DNA from: an uncultured Actinomycetes bacterium
GTDB lineage: Bacteria > Actinomycetota > Thermoleophilia > UBA2241
Direction of reading: 5' to 3'
Length of the DNA stretch: 64,000 nucleotides
Assembly (NCBI GenBank): GCA_963725665.1
Contig: CAVRZA010000011.1
Span: 544,001-608,000 of the forward strand
The notes below the pieces were generated by a model, which saw only the letters and a list, made by a program, of their open reading frames with translations, was not told the origin of the DNA and did not search any database. Of this stretch, positions 1 to 9,184 are shown piece after piece. The first letter of the stretch is position 1. Every line of letters begins with the position of its first letter. Made by a program: the position numbers and the translations under genes.

Positions 1-2
1 CC

Positions 3-1919
3 CTCCTCACGGGCAAGAACACCGACCGGCTCGCGGAGGAACGGGAGCGGGGCATCTCGATCGAGCTCGGCTACGCGGAGCTACGCCTGCCCAGCGGCCG
101 ACGGCTGAGCGTCGTCGACGTTCCCGGGCACGAGCGCTTCGTGCGCACGATGGTCGCCGGCGCGACCGGTGTCGACCTCTTCCTCCTCGTGGTGGCCGCC
201 GACGACGGCGTGATGCCGCAGACGGTCGAGCACGTGGCCATCCTCGAGCTGTTCGGCGTGCGCTGCGGCGTCGTCGCGCTGACCAAGGCCGATATCGTCG
301 ACGACGAGATGCTCGAGCTCGTGCGCGACGATGTGCGCGAGTTCCTCGCCGGCACGTCCTATCGCGACGCGCCCCTCGTCGCCGTGAGCTCGCGCGACGG
401 GCGCGGCATCCCGGACCTGCTGGGGGCGCTCGAGGAGACTGCCGCATCGGTCGCGGCCGCGCGTCACGAGGGGCCGGCGCGGCTGCCCATCGACCGCGTC
501 TTCCCCCTGAAGGGGATCGGGACGGTGGTGACCGGCACCCTGTGGCGGGGACGCATCCGCGCCGGAGACCAGCTCGTGCTGCGCCCGGGGGAACGTGGCG
601 CGGCCGTGCGCAGCGTCCAAGTACACGATCGCGCGGCCGAGGAAGCGCGCGCAGGTCAGCGCGTGGGCGTCAATCTGCGTGGCTTCGACCGCGGTGAGGT
701 CGTGCGCGGCGACTGGCTCGTCGCTCCGAGCGCTCCCGCCAGGGCGCTGCGGGCTTTCGACGTGTGGATCACCCTGCTGCCGTCGGCTCGTCGCTTGCGC
801 TCGGGGGCCGAGCTCCGCTTGCACCACGGCACCGGGCAGCACGTAGCCCGCCTGACCCCGCTCGGTGGGCGCGCGCTGGCGCCCGGCCAGAGCGGTCCGG
901 CGCGCGTGCGCCTCGACGACGAAGCCGTCGTCGAGGCGCACGACCGCGTGATCTTGCGCGCCCTCTCGCCAGTGGAGACGGTCGGCGGCGCGGTCGTGCT
1001 CGACGCCGCCCCGCGGCGCTGGCACGACCGCACCCTGCAGGTCGAGTTCCTCACGGCGCTGCACGAGGACGACGCGGCCCGTGCCGCCGCGACGCTGGCC
1101 CGCGTCGCCGGGCCCGCCGGCGTCGGTGACCGCGACCTGCTCAGCGCCGGCCTGTCGGCCGCCGAGGCGCGTGCGATCCTCGACGAGCTGGCGCGTCGTG
1201 GCGAGCTCGAGGCCCTGGACGTCGGCGCCGAGACGTCGACGGGCGAGGCCGGCGAGGAAGGAGGGGCAGCCGGGGGTGCTGCGGGCTCGCGTCAGACCGC
1301 ACGGCGCTGGTTCGCGCCCGGTGTGCTCGACGAGGCGGCGGGGGCGCTCCGCGGCGCGCTGAGACAGCGCGCCGCGGAGCGCCCCGAGCGGCCGTTCATG
1401 TCAGCGGCGGAGCTGGCGACCGCGGCCGGCGGCGGCATGCCGCCGCCGGCCGCGGTCGCCCTCGTCCGCCGCCTCGTCACCGACGGCGGCGTGATCGAGG
1501 GAGAAGGCGGGTTCGCGTCGGCGGACGCGGCCGGAGCGCTGACGACCGAGCAGGAGGTGCTCGCGGAGAGGCTGCGCGAGAAGCTGCGGCGAAGCGGATC
1601 GGCGCCGCCCACCCTGGCCTCGCTCGAAGAGGAGCTGCACGTGGGCCAGCGCGAGGTCGCCCGGCTTCTCGACGTGCTGGTGCGGCGCGGCGACCTCGTG
1701 CGCGCCAAGGAGGATCTCTGGTTCGCCGCACCCGCTGTGGAGGAGGCGCGGTCGACGCTGCGGCAGATCATCAGCGAGCGTGGCCAGGTGACGCTGGCCG
1801 AGTTCCGTGACGCGGTGGGCACCGGACGCCGCAATGCCCAGGCGCTGCTCGAGCTCTTCGACCGCGAGGGGCTCACACGTCGCCAGGGCGACGTGCGCGT
1901 GCTGCGCGCCCGCCGCTAG
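3..1919 (+). CDS. selB: Selenocysteine-specific translation elongation factor SelB (5'-truncated by window edge)
   Basis: Frame open from base 3 reads [18 protein letters not shown]...[19 protein letters not shown] (translational GTPase motifs), RLPIDRVF...GTVVTGT, and C-terminal winged-helix [24 protein letters not shown]. tRNA-Sec lies nearby. Confidence 0.96.
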   Translation, partial: LLTGKNTDRLAEERERGISIELGYAELRLPSGRRLSVVDVPGHERFVRTMVAGATGVDLFLLVVAADDGVMPQTVEHVAILELFGVRCGVVALTKADIVDDEMLELVRDDVREFLAGTSYRDAPLVAVSSRDGRGIPDLLGALEETAASVAAARHEGPARLPIDRVFPLKGIGTVVTGTLWRGRIRAGDQLVLRPGERGAAVRSVQVHDRAAEEARAGQRVGVNLRGFDRGEVVRGDWLVAPSAPARALRAFDVWITLLPSARRLRSGAELRLHHGTGQHVARLTPLGGRALAPGQSGPARVRLDDEAVVEAHDRVILRALSPVETVGGAVVLDAAPRRWHDRTLQVEFLTALHEDDAARAAATLARVAGPAGVGDRDLLSAGLSAAEARAILDELARRGELEALDVGAETSTGEAGEEGGAAGGAAGSRQTARRWFAPGVLDEAAGALRGALRQRAAERPERPFMSAAELATAAGGGMPPPAAVALVRRLVTDGGVIEGEGGFASADAAGALTTEQEVLAERLREKLRRSGSAPPTLASLEEELHVGQREVARLLDVLVRRGDLVRAKEDLWFAAPAVEEARSTLRQIISERGQVTLAEFRDAVGTGRRNAQALLELFDREGLTRRQGDVRVLRARR

Positions 1920-1978
1920 CCGTTCTGAGTCACGACTTCGCGGGCGAGCGAACTGAGAGGCTCAGGTGCGCAGCCCGG

Positions 1979-3056
1979 CTAGAGCCGGGTGGCGCCGTAG
2001 TAGTCGGACGACAGCGAGTCGTAGCGGACGACGGCCCCGGTGTAGGGGGCGTCGATCATGCTGCCGCCGCCGGCGTAGATGCCCACGTGGTGGATGCTCG
2101 CCGCCGAGTACCCGAAGAAGACCAGGTCGCCGGGCGCCAGCTGGTCGCGCGACAGGTGCGTGCCGTAGCCGTACTGCATGGCGGCGCTGTGCGGCAGCGA
2201 GATGCCGAGCTGGGCGTAGACGTACATGACGAGGCCGGAGCAGTCGAAGCCGCTCGGCGAGGCACCGCCCCACACGTAGGGCACACCGAGGTAGCGCTGC
2301 GCGATGGCGACGGCCGAGGAGTGGCCGCTGCCCGGCGGGACGAACGTCGTGCCGGGGACGTCCGGCGGTCTCCCCGCCGACTGGGCGGCCTGGCGCTGTG
2401 CGGCCGCGGCCGCGGCGGCCCGCGCCGCCGCGCGGCGGGCCGCAGCCGCAGCCTCGGCCTCCATCCGCTTGAGTCTGAGACTTGAGCTTCTGCGCGAGCT
2501 CCTGGCGCGCCTGCAGGGCGCCGCCGACCGCCGCCTTCTCTCTCTCGCGCTGGACGACCAGGCGCGCGGCCTCCTTGCGTGCCGCGATCAGGGCCGCGCG
2601 CTGCTTGACGATCTGGGCCTTGAGCCGTTCGACGGCGTCGACGATCTGCGAATCCTGGCTGCTGAGCTTCTCCATGTAGGCGATCTGCGTCAGCAGGTCG
2701 TCGAAGCTCCTGCTGCCGAGGACGACGTCGACGACGTCGGTGGGGCGCTGCTTGTAGAGGGCGACGACGCGCTCGCGCAGGCGCTCGCGCGCCACGGACA
2801 GCTCGTAGCGAGCGATCGTCAGGCGGCGTCTGTTCTCGGTGACTTTGGCTTTGACGATGTCGAGCTTGGCCGTCGCCTCGTTGTAGCGCTCGACGGCCAG
2901 CTCGAGCTTCGCGTTCAGCGCCTCGATCTGCGCCACGGCCTGCTTGTACTCGGCGCGCTTCTGGGAGATGGGGGTCGCCTGGGCGACGCCCGAAGAGAGG
3001 GCTACGGTGAGAAGGATCGTGAGGAAGGCGAGGGAGCCGACCAGTCGTCTGTGCAT
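1979..3056 (-). CDS. Secreted NlpC/P60 peptidoglycan endopeptidase with N-terminal coiled coil (frameshift near 2470)
   Basis: Signal peptide and coiled coil in ORF 1962..3056; YLGVPYVWGG...GFDCSGLV...HHVGIY catalytic domain in ORF 1979..2464. One frameshift joins them. Confidence 0.9.
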
Positions 3057-3167
3057 GTCCGCCTCCTTTCGGAGCCGCTGCGGTCGCCCGCCGCTCGCTC
3101 CTTGAGGTGGGCGCGTCTCGTACGCCTCGTCGCTTGCATCGTCCGCTGCGTGCCGCTGGGCACGGAG

Positions 3168-3283
3168 CGCCGGCTACCCTACCAGACCCATCGGAGGCTG
3201 TCGACTTTGGGCCTGCAGGTACTAGCTGGCTGTTCTTCCTGCTCGGCACGGGTTTTCCTGCCTCTGAGCGGGAGGTCTTGGCG
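3168..3283 (-). promoter_or_regulatory. Candidate divergent cyclic-dinucleotide riboswitch-like leader (c-di-AMP/ydaO-like)
   Basis: Leader of the NlpC/P60 gene has ordered blocks CGCCAAGACC..GGCAGGAAAACC..CCCAAAGTCGACAGC..GGTAGGG, resembling degenerate ydaO-type blocks. Match judged by eye only. Confidence 0.35.
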
Positions 3284-3503
3284 TTGCCGGTGCGGACGAC
3301 CGGCCGGATTGTTAAGAAATGTGAAGAGAGCTCCGAAACGGTTTACCCCACGGTTGCAGCGCTCGCCGAGGGTTCGCCCTGCTCCCTGCACCATCGTGAT
3401 CGGCGAGATGAGGTTGCCGCCGGGCCGCCGTGCTGCTGCGCGCCCTCCTGCGTGCTGCCGCGCCCCTTCCTGCCGCGCCGCCACGGTCCGACGAGGAAGG
3501 ACT

Positions 3504-5874
3504 TCAGAAGACCTCGACCCGGTCCTTGCCGGATCGCTTGGCAGCGTAGAGCGCCGCATCGGCGCGGCCGACCAACTCGTCCATCTCCTCGGCCGTGGCC
3601 GGGAACGACGCGACGCCGATGCTCACGGTGAGGTGGACGGGCCCGTGGTCCGGCCCGATAGGGAAGTCGTACGTGGCTATGCGGTGGCGCAGTCGCTCCG
3701 CCAGCGCCGCCGCTCCCTCGCTGTGCCCGCCGTCTGTCGCGCCCGCGCGACGCGGCGCCGCGCTTTCGGCGCCCCCAGCACCTCGCGCCGCCGACGCACC
3801 GTCTGGCGAGGGTCTGGCCGCGGTGTGCGGGAGGATGACACCGAACTCCTCGCCGCCGTAGCGCGCGGCGAGGTCGCCGGCGCTGCGAAGCTCTTCGGTC
3901 ATGAGTCGCCCGATCGTGCGCAGCACCTCGTCGCCGGCTGGATGTCCGAAGGTGTCGTTCAGCTTCTTGAAGTCGTCGATGTCGAGCATGAGCAGCCCCA
4001 CCGGCGTGCCGTACCGCCGCCCACGCGCGATCTCCTCTGCGAGGCGGTCGTAGAACGAGCGGTGATTGGCGAGTCCCGTGAGGCCGTCTCTCATCGCCTG
4101 GTCCTCGATCTGCGCGTAGAGGCGGGCGTTGTTCAAAGCGATCGCCGCGTGCTCCCCCAAGGCGAGCGCGAACGACAGGTCGCCCTCGGCGAACCGGCGC
4201 TGGCCTGAGCTCTGCGAGAGACGCATGGCACCGAGCGTCTCGTCGTTCATCCTGAAGGGCACCCACACCACGGTCTGTTCCCCCGCCGCCGCCATGCGCG
4301 CTGCCGTGTGGGGTGAGAGCGCCGTGTCCGCAGCAGACTGCACGACGAACTCGCCGCTGCGCAGCTTCTCCCCGACGACGGCGTCGATGCCCTCTGCGTG
4401 GACTCCATCCTCGCCCACCGCGTCCTCGCCGGTCGCCGCGCGCAGGGCGAACGCCCCCTTGCGCTCGTCCCACTCGTACACGTGCGCGCGGTGCACGAGG
4501 AGCGCCTCAGTGGCGAGGCGCGCAACGTCCCTTGGCAGCTCGACCCGGTCGAGCCGGGAGGCGATCACGCGTGTCGCTCCGGCGAGGGCCGCGAGCCAGC
4601 GGTGCTGGTCCTCTTCGCGCCGATGAAGCCGGGCGTTGTGCAGCGCCGCCGCTGCCTGCTCGCCGATCACCTGCGCCATGCGTACCTCGTCGGCTGTGAA
4701 GCGGCGTTCGCGCTGCGTCTCGGTGAGGATCATCATGCCGAGGATCTCCTTGCCGAACACGAGGGGTACGCTCAGCCAGGTCTTCTCTCCCCACGTCGTC
4801 ATCCTCGCGCGGTCGACCTCCTTCAAATCCTTGTCTGAGAACGACTGCTGCACGACGACGCCCTCTCGCACCGCCTGCATGCCTCCGGGGTAGTCGCGGG
4901 CGAAGTACGTCGTGCCGATGAGACTCTCGGCGACGCCCGGTCTCGAGTCGCGCTGGTAGAGGACCCTGTAGGTCGCCACATCGCTGCGTCCCGAGTACTC
5001 CCAGATGCGGCTCTCGGGGCAGCCGAGAGCCTCGGCAGCCGCGCAGGCGATCTCGTGGAGCACCACGTCGTAATCGATGCTCGAGGTGATCGAACGGCTG
5101 GTCGCCAGGAGCGCGGCCAGCTCGTGCGAACGCTGGACGAGCTTCGCGACGATCTCCTGCCTCTCGATGGCCGCCGAGATGCAACCCGCCGCCGAGACGA
5201 GGACGCCGATCTCGCTCTCGCTCCAGAGCCGCGTGCGGTCGCAACGGTCCAGACGCAGGAAGCCACGAAAGACGCCGCCCACGAAGAGCGGCAGCAGCAG
5301 CACCGCCTCGACATTTTGAGCGGCAAGGCGGCGGAAGGCGTGTTGGGGCAGGAACTCGGTCCGGCTTGCGAAGGGTTCGTCTCTAGCCGAGCCGCTGAAA
5401 AAGGCCTGGAATGAAGTCTTCGTACGCCTCGGCGGCTGCTTCGTCGGCACCAAGCAGGCTGCGGCTTGGCGAGACGGCCGCTTCCGCGTCTAGCGCGTAC
5501 TCGTCCCGCCCATCCAGGCCGGTGCTGTTCTTGAACGCACAGACCCTGTCCGCGCTCGCCGCCGTCATCAGCCGTTCGAGGGCGAGGCTCAGAACGTCCG
5601 CCTGTGGGTCGAGCACGAGCAGCCTGTGCTGGAGGTCGTTGACGGCGGTGCGCATCACCTGCCCGTCGCTCACCTCGTCGACGTCCATAGCGGGGGTCAC
5701 CGGCACGCCGCGCTCGGCCCCCTCGTCGAGGCCGGCGATCGTGACCAGCTCGGGGCGCCCGTCGCTCCCGGCGCGCTGACGTGAGGCAAGCGCAGGCTCG
5801 TGTGCCGGTCGTGGGCTTTGTCCCGCCGATCCTGACCGAGTGTTCGTCATGGCCCTCTCCATCGCTCGAGACAT
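3504..5874 (-). CDS. Multi-GAF sensor diguanylate cyclase (GGDEF), frameshift near 5400-5450
   Basis: DGLTGLANHRSF, LDIDDFKKLNDTFGHPAGD, ARYGGEEF, ADAALYAAKRSGKD, preceded by three GAF-like segments. N-terminus lies in ORF 5383..5874; exact start uncertain. Confidence 0.9.
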
Positions 5875-6001
5875 GCATCGGCGGTGGCATTTGGGTCATG
5901 AGAGCCCCCCGACGTATGTACTACACCCGCCGCCAGAAGTGGTCGCAGAACCGCCGGCGGCGGTGCCTGGAGGATGGTGAGGAGCGCGGTCTTGGACGGC
6001 G

Positions 6002-6030
6002 TTGACGTCGTCGCGCGCCTCGCGTAGCGT
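6002..6030 (+). promoter_or_regulatory. Sigma70-type promoter of tRNA-Sec
   Basis: TTGACG-N17-TAGCGT, ending 10 nt upstream of the tRNA 5' end. Confidence 0.6.
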
Positions 6031-6040
6031 CATCGCCGGC

Positions 6041-6138
6041 GGAGCGGCTTCCGGTCTGGTGACCGGCGCGGTCTTCAAAACCGTCTGCAGGGCGGTGCTC
6101 CCGTCCTGGGTGGGTTCGATTCCCATGTCGCTCCGCCA
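6041..6138 (+). tRNA. selC: tRNA-Sec (UCA anticodon)
   Basis: 8-bp acceptor stem GGAGCGGC/GTCGCTCC, G discriminator plus encoded CCA, anticodon loop CTTCAAA, long variable arm, GGTTCGATTCC T-arm. Confidence 0.97.
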
Positions 6139-6163
6139 CGCCCTTTCGTACACTGGTCACCTG

Positions 6164-6664
6164 ATGACAGAGCCACGCTACGTGCTCACGACCCCGCGCC
6201 TGAGGCTGCGCGAGCTCACCCCGGCCGACCTTGACATCGTGGAGCGGGTGCGGGCGGACGCCCACCGCTTCTGGGGGCTGCCTCTCCAGTCCCCTGACGA
6301 GGTGAAGGCCTGGCTCGAGCGGCATGCGGCCGGCTACGCCCGCAACGGCTGCGACCTGTGGGGCGTCGAGTTGGCGTCGACCGGGGAGCTGATCGGTGAC
6401 TGCGGTCTCGTGCGCCGCGAGATCGCCGGCCGCGACGAGATCGAGCTCGGGTACCACCTCCTCGAGGAGCACTGGGGCCACGGCTACGCGACCGAGGCTG
6501 CCTTGGCCTGCGTCGCTCATGCCCGCAGCCTCGGTCACACGCGGATCGTGGCGCTCATCCTGCCCTCCAACGTGCCGTCGCAGGCCGTCGCTCGTCACGT
6601 CGGCATGCGCCCCGGCCCGCAGGTGGAGTGGTTCGGCCTGCCGCACATCCTCTGGGAGCTCTGA
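6164..6664 (+). CDS. GNAT N-acetyltransferase, RimJ/RimL family
   Basis: LTTPRLRLREL, IGDCGL, EIELGYHL..EHWGHGYATEAA, NVPSQAVARHVGM. Confidence 0.88.
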   Translation: MTEPRYVLTTPRLRLRELTPADLDIVERVRADAHRFWGLPLQSPDEVKAWLERHAAGYARNGCDLWGVELASTGELIGDCGLVRREIAGRDEIELGYHLLEEHWGHGYATEAALACVAHARSLGHTRIVALILPSNVPSQAVARHVGMRPGPQVEWFGLPHILWEL

Positions 6665-6749
6665 GACTCGCCGCGCCGTCGGCACAATGTTGACACCCGG
6701 TCGCCGACGCGTGCGGGCCGCTCCCGACGGGTACCTTCTCTAAGTAGGG

Positions 6750-7049
6750 GTGAGTGCCATGAGCATGCGAGCGGATGACAGGATCCCGGACGAGGTGCTG
6801 CTCCTCATGGAGACGTCGGTAGACGAGTGGGTCGACCCCGCCAGCGACGAGATAGCCATCTTCCGCGGGATCATGGAGCGCTACCGGAGCCACCTGGGTA
6901 CCGCGAGCGAACCGGCGTGTCGGGAGGAGCTCGCGGCGGCGTACGTGAGACTGGTGGTCGCGCCGCGGGAGAGACTCCTCGACCGTGCGCGGCGCGGGGC
7001 TCTGGAGCGCTGCGCACAGGGGATGCCATACACCGAAGCCGCCGCCTGA
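6750..7049 (+). CDS. Hypothetical protein (99 aa)
   Basis: ORF with GC-rich third positions; a GGGTAC -10-like element lies upstream. No recognisable motif. Confidence 0.55.
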   Translation: MSAMSMRADDRIPDEVLLLMETSVDEWVDPASDEIAIFRGIMERYRSHLGTASEPACREELAAAYVRLVVAPRERLLDRARRGALERCAQGMPYTEAAA

Positions 7050-7181
7050 GGGCCCTTCGGAGCCACTTCCTCGCGCCGCCGCCCGGTTACGCCGGTGCGA
7101 GAGTGGCCGTGGGGAAGGCCGGACGACGGCACGGTGCGAGGGGCCCCGGGAGCCGGGGCCCGGAGTCAGGGGGTGAGGACG

Positions 7182-7652
7182 ATGACGGAGCTCATGGCGG
7201 GCTTTGCCGCCGACACGCTACGCCGTTGCGAGCTGTTCCGCGGCTTCAGCAACGAGCTGATCGCGGAGCTGGCGGCGCGGGCCACCGAACGTTTCTGCGA
7301 TCCTGGGGAGACGATCTTCGCGATGGACGACCCGGCGGAGAGCGTCTACGTCGTCGAGAGCGGCCGCATCGGCCTCGCGTTGCCCGTGCCCGACGGCCGC
7401 GAGGTCAACGTGCGCGACGTCGGTCCCGGGGAGGTCTTCGGCTGGATGGCGCTGGTCGAGCCGCGGCGCTTCAGCGGCACGGCGAGGTGTGTGCACGAGA
7501 GCGCTCTCGTCGAGTTGCCGGCGCGCGAGCTCGAAGCGCTCTTCGTACGCGATCCCGGCAGGGGCTACGCGGTCATGCAGCGGGTCGCGACCCTGGTCGC
7601 CGCCTGGCTGCGCGACACACAGGCGCAGCTCATCGCGGCACTTACGGACTGA
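7182..7652 (+). CDS. Stand-alone cyclic-nucleotide-binding domain protein (Crp-like, no HTH)
   Basis: ELFRGFS...GETIFAMDDPAESVYVVESGRI...GPGEVFGWMALV..RRFSGTARC. Confidence 0.85.
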   Translation: MTELMAGFAADTLRRCELFRGFSNELIAELAARATERFCDPGETIFAMDDPAESVYVVESGRIGLALPVPDGREVNVRDVGPGEVFGWMALVEPRRFSGTARCVHESALVELPARELEALFVRDPGRGYAVMQRVATLVAAWLRDTQAQLIAALTD

Positions 7653-7697
7653 AGAGGAGCGCTGGGAGCCCCGGCGCGCCCTCGACCTCGGGGAGCG

Positions 7698-9167
7698 TCA
7701 GCGCAGCACCGCCGGCCCCAGCCGCAGCCAGTAGCCCTGCAGCGGGCCGCTGGCCACGCGCACCTGCTCGAAGCCGTTGACGATCGCGCGCTGGTCGACG
7801 GTGGCCGTCGTCGCCGCATCGGGGGTGAAGTTGAGCGTTGCCGTCACCGCGCCGCCGGCGTCGTAGGTGCGCGCCGCGTACGCATTCCCCCCCGGGAGGA
7901 CCAGTGTGCGTGGCGGATCGTAGCTCAGGAGGGGGAGCACGCCGGGCAGGTAGACGTTCCCCGCTTGTTCGCGAAGGTAGTACCCCGTCCAAGGTCCCGA
8001 GGCGATCAGGAACCAGTAGCCGGGTCGGTGGTAGATGCGCAGTCGACGACCTTCGCCGGTGAGGCGGTCGTCGTCGCCCCCTTGCCGCTCGCGGCGCGTC
8101 ACGGTCAGGCGCGCGCTGGCGAGAATGCGCCACGTCCGTCTGCCGACGACCCTCCCCGAGGGGTCGAAACGCAGTCCTGTGTAGACGCCGGGGATCACCC
8201 TGATGCTGCCGTTGATCGCCGGCTTGGGGTAGTCGCGCACGAAGTCGTCGGCGAGGCGCGCCAGCCCAGTCATGCCCGTGAGGGTGTACAGCGTGAGGAA
8301 CTCGTGGATGTGGATCTCGTGGTAGCGAGCAAAGGCGGCCGTTCGCGAGAAGCGGTAGAAGCTCATCCAGCCGGGCTGTCTGAACCGCGAGGCGTAGTGC
8401 AGCACGGTGGTCACCGCCCCGTCGAAGAGCTCCAGCGCGCGCTCGTCGTGTGTCGCCTGGTAGTAGTCGTAGAGGCCGTAGGCGGAGTAGATATGCCCGT
8501 TTAGGACGGGGTCAGGAGGCCTGCTCGGGTACTCCTGCAGCCACAGGTAACCGTTCGCGTCGACGCTGACGATCCACGGTGAGGACGAGGGCCCGGGGCG
8601 CAGGAAGCTGGCGAAGGTGCCCTGGGCGGCCTGCTGGTAGATCGGCTCTCCCGTCACTCTGTAGAGGGCTGTGAACAGTGTCAGGGCGAGCCCGTGCCCC
8701 AGGGCTGAGTACCAGGGCGGCTCCATCTCGTGGAAGGTGAAGTCGTTGGGGTGGAACCACGCGTCCCCGACCAGGATCCTGCGGTCCATGAGTCGCTGCG
8801 CCTGCGCCTCGGCGCGCGCCAGGTAGAAGGGGTCGCCCGTGAGAGTGTAGGAGGCAAGGTTGTCCAAGCCGTAGAAGCCCTGCGCGCTGACGCGGTTGTA
8901 TAGCTTTCCGTTGCGCCACACCATGCGCACGCCGTCTGCGTCGTGCAATCCGCTATCCACGATGGGGACCGGCTCGTCGATGTGCAGCAGCGGGTAGCCG
9001 GAGGGATCGATGTCACGCAGCGTCAGATCTGAGACGCGGAAGCGGAAGGGCAGCCTTGTGCTCCAGGCTGCATCTGCGCCGGAACCTGTGGCGGCGACCG
9101 CGGCCGTGCAAGGCGCGACCGCGAGCAGAATCACGACGAGCAGGGCTACTCCCGGGACACGGCGCAT
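7698..9167 (-). CDS. Secreted D-glucuronyl C5-epimerase-like protein (paralog 2)
   Basis: Signal peptide; WYSALGHG, WLQEYP...VLNGHIYSAYGLYDYY and YHEIH match the C5-epimerase C-terminal alpha-helical domain motifs. Confidence 0.75.
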   Translation of the reverse strand: MRRVPGVALLVVILLAVAPCTAAVAATGSGADAAWSTRLPFRFRVSDLTLRDIDPSGYPLLHIDEPVPIVDSGLHDADGVRMVWRNGKLYNRVSAQGFYGLDNLASYTLTGDPFYLARAEAQAQRLMDRRILVGDAWFHPNDFTFHEMEPPWYSALGHGLALTLFTALYRVTGEPIYQQAAQGTFASFLRPGPSSSPWIVSVDANGYLWLQEYPSRPPDPVLNGHIYSAYGLYDYYQATHDERALELFDGAVTTVLHYASRFRQPGWMSFYRFSRTAAFARYHEIHIHEFLTLYTLTGMTGLARLADDFVRDYPKPAINGSIRVIPGVYTGLRFDPSGRVVGRRTWRILASARLTVTRRERQGGDDDRLTGEGRRLRIYHRPGYWFLIASGPWTGYYLREQAGNVYLPGVLPLLSYDPPRTLVLPGGNAYAARTYDAGGAVTATLNFTPDAATTATVDQRAIVNGFEQVRVASGPLQGYWLRLGPAVLR

Positions 9168-9184
9168 GTCCCGATCCCTCGCCC

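Noticed and set aside
2460-2490. Programmed ribosomal frameshift in the NlpC/P60 gene (and in the other split genes)
   Set aside because: No slippery heptamer or stimulatory structure was evident, and similar indels are scattered across the window, consistent with sequencing error.
3311-3326. GTTAAG-AAAT-GTGAAG upstream of the NlpC/P60 leader as a sixth four-box site
   Set aside because: Only two boxes, with a 4-nt spacer (10-bp period); no 15-nt gap with a second pair and no GGG-TAnnnT at the fixed distance.
2304-4208. Long opposite-strand ORFs (e.g. 2304..4208, 38844..41201, 32082..33284, 61766..63178)
   Set aside because: Antisense shadows of well-supported genes, expected in high-GC DNA; they show no protein motifs.
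6138-6700. Integrated element at the tRNA-Sec 3' end
   Set aside because: No integrase, and I did not see a duplicated tRNA 3' end elsewhere in the window.
6664-7700. UGA stops near selC read as selenocysteine
   Set aside because: The GNAT and cNMP proteins look complete at the TGA, none of the stops sits in a redox motif, and no convincing SECIS hairpin follows.
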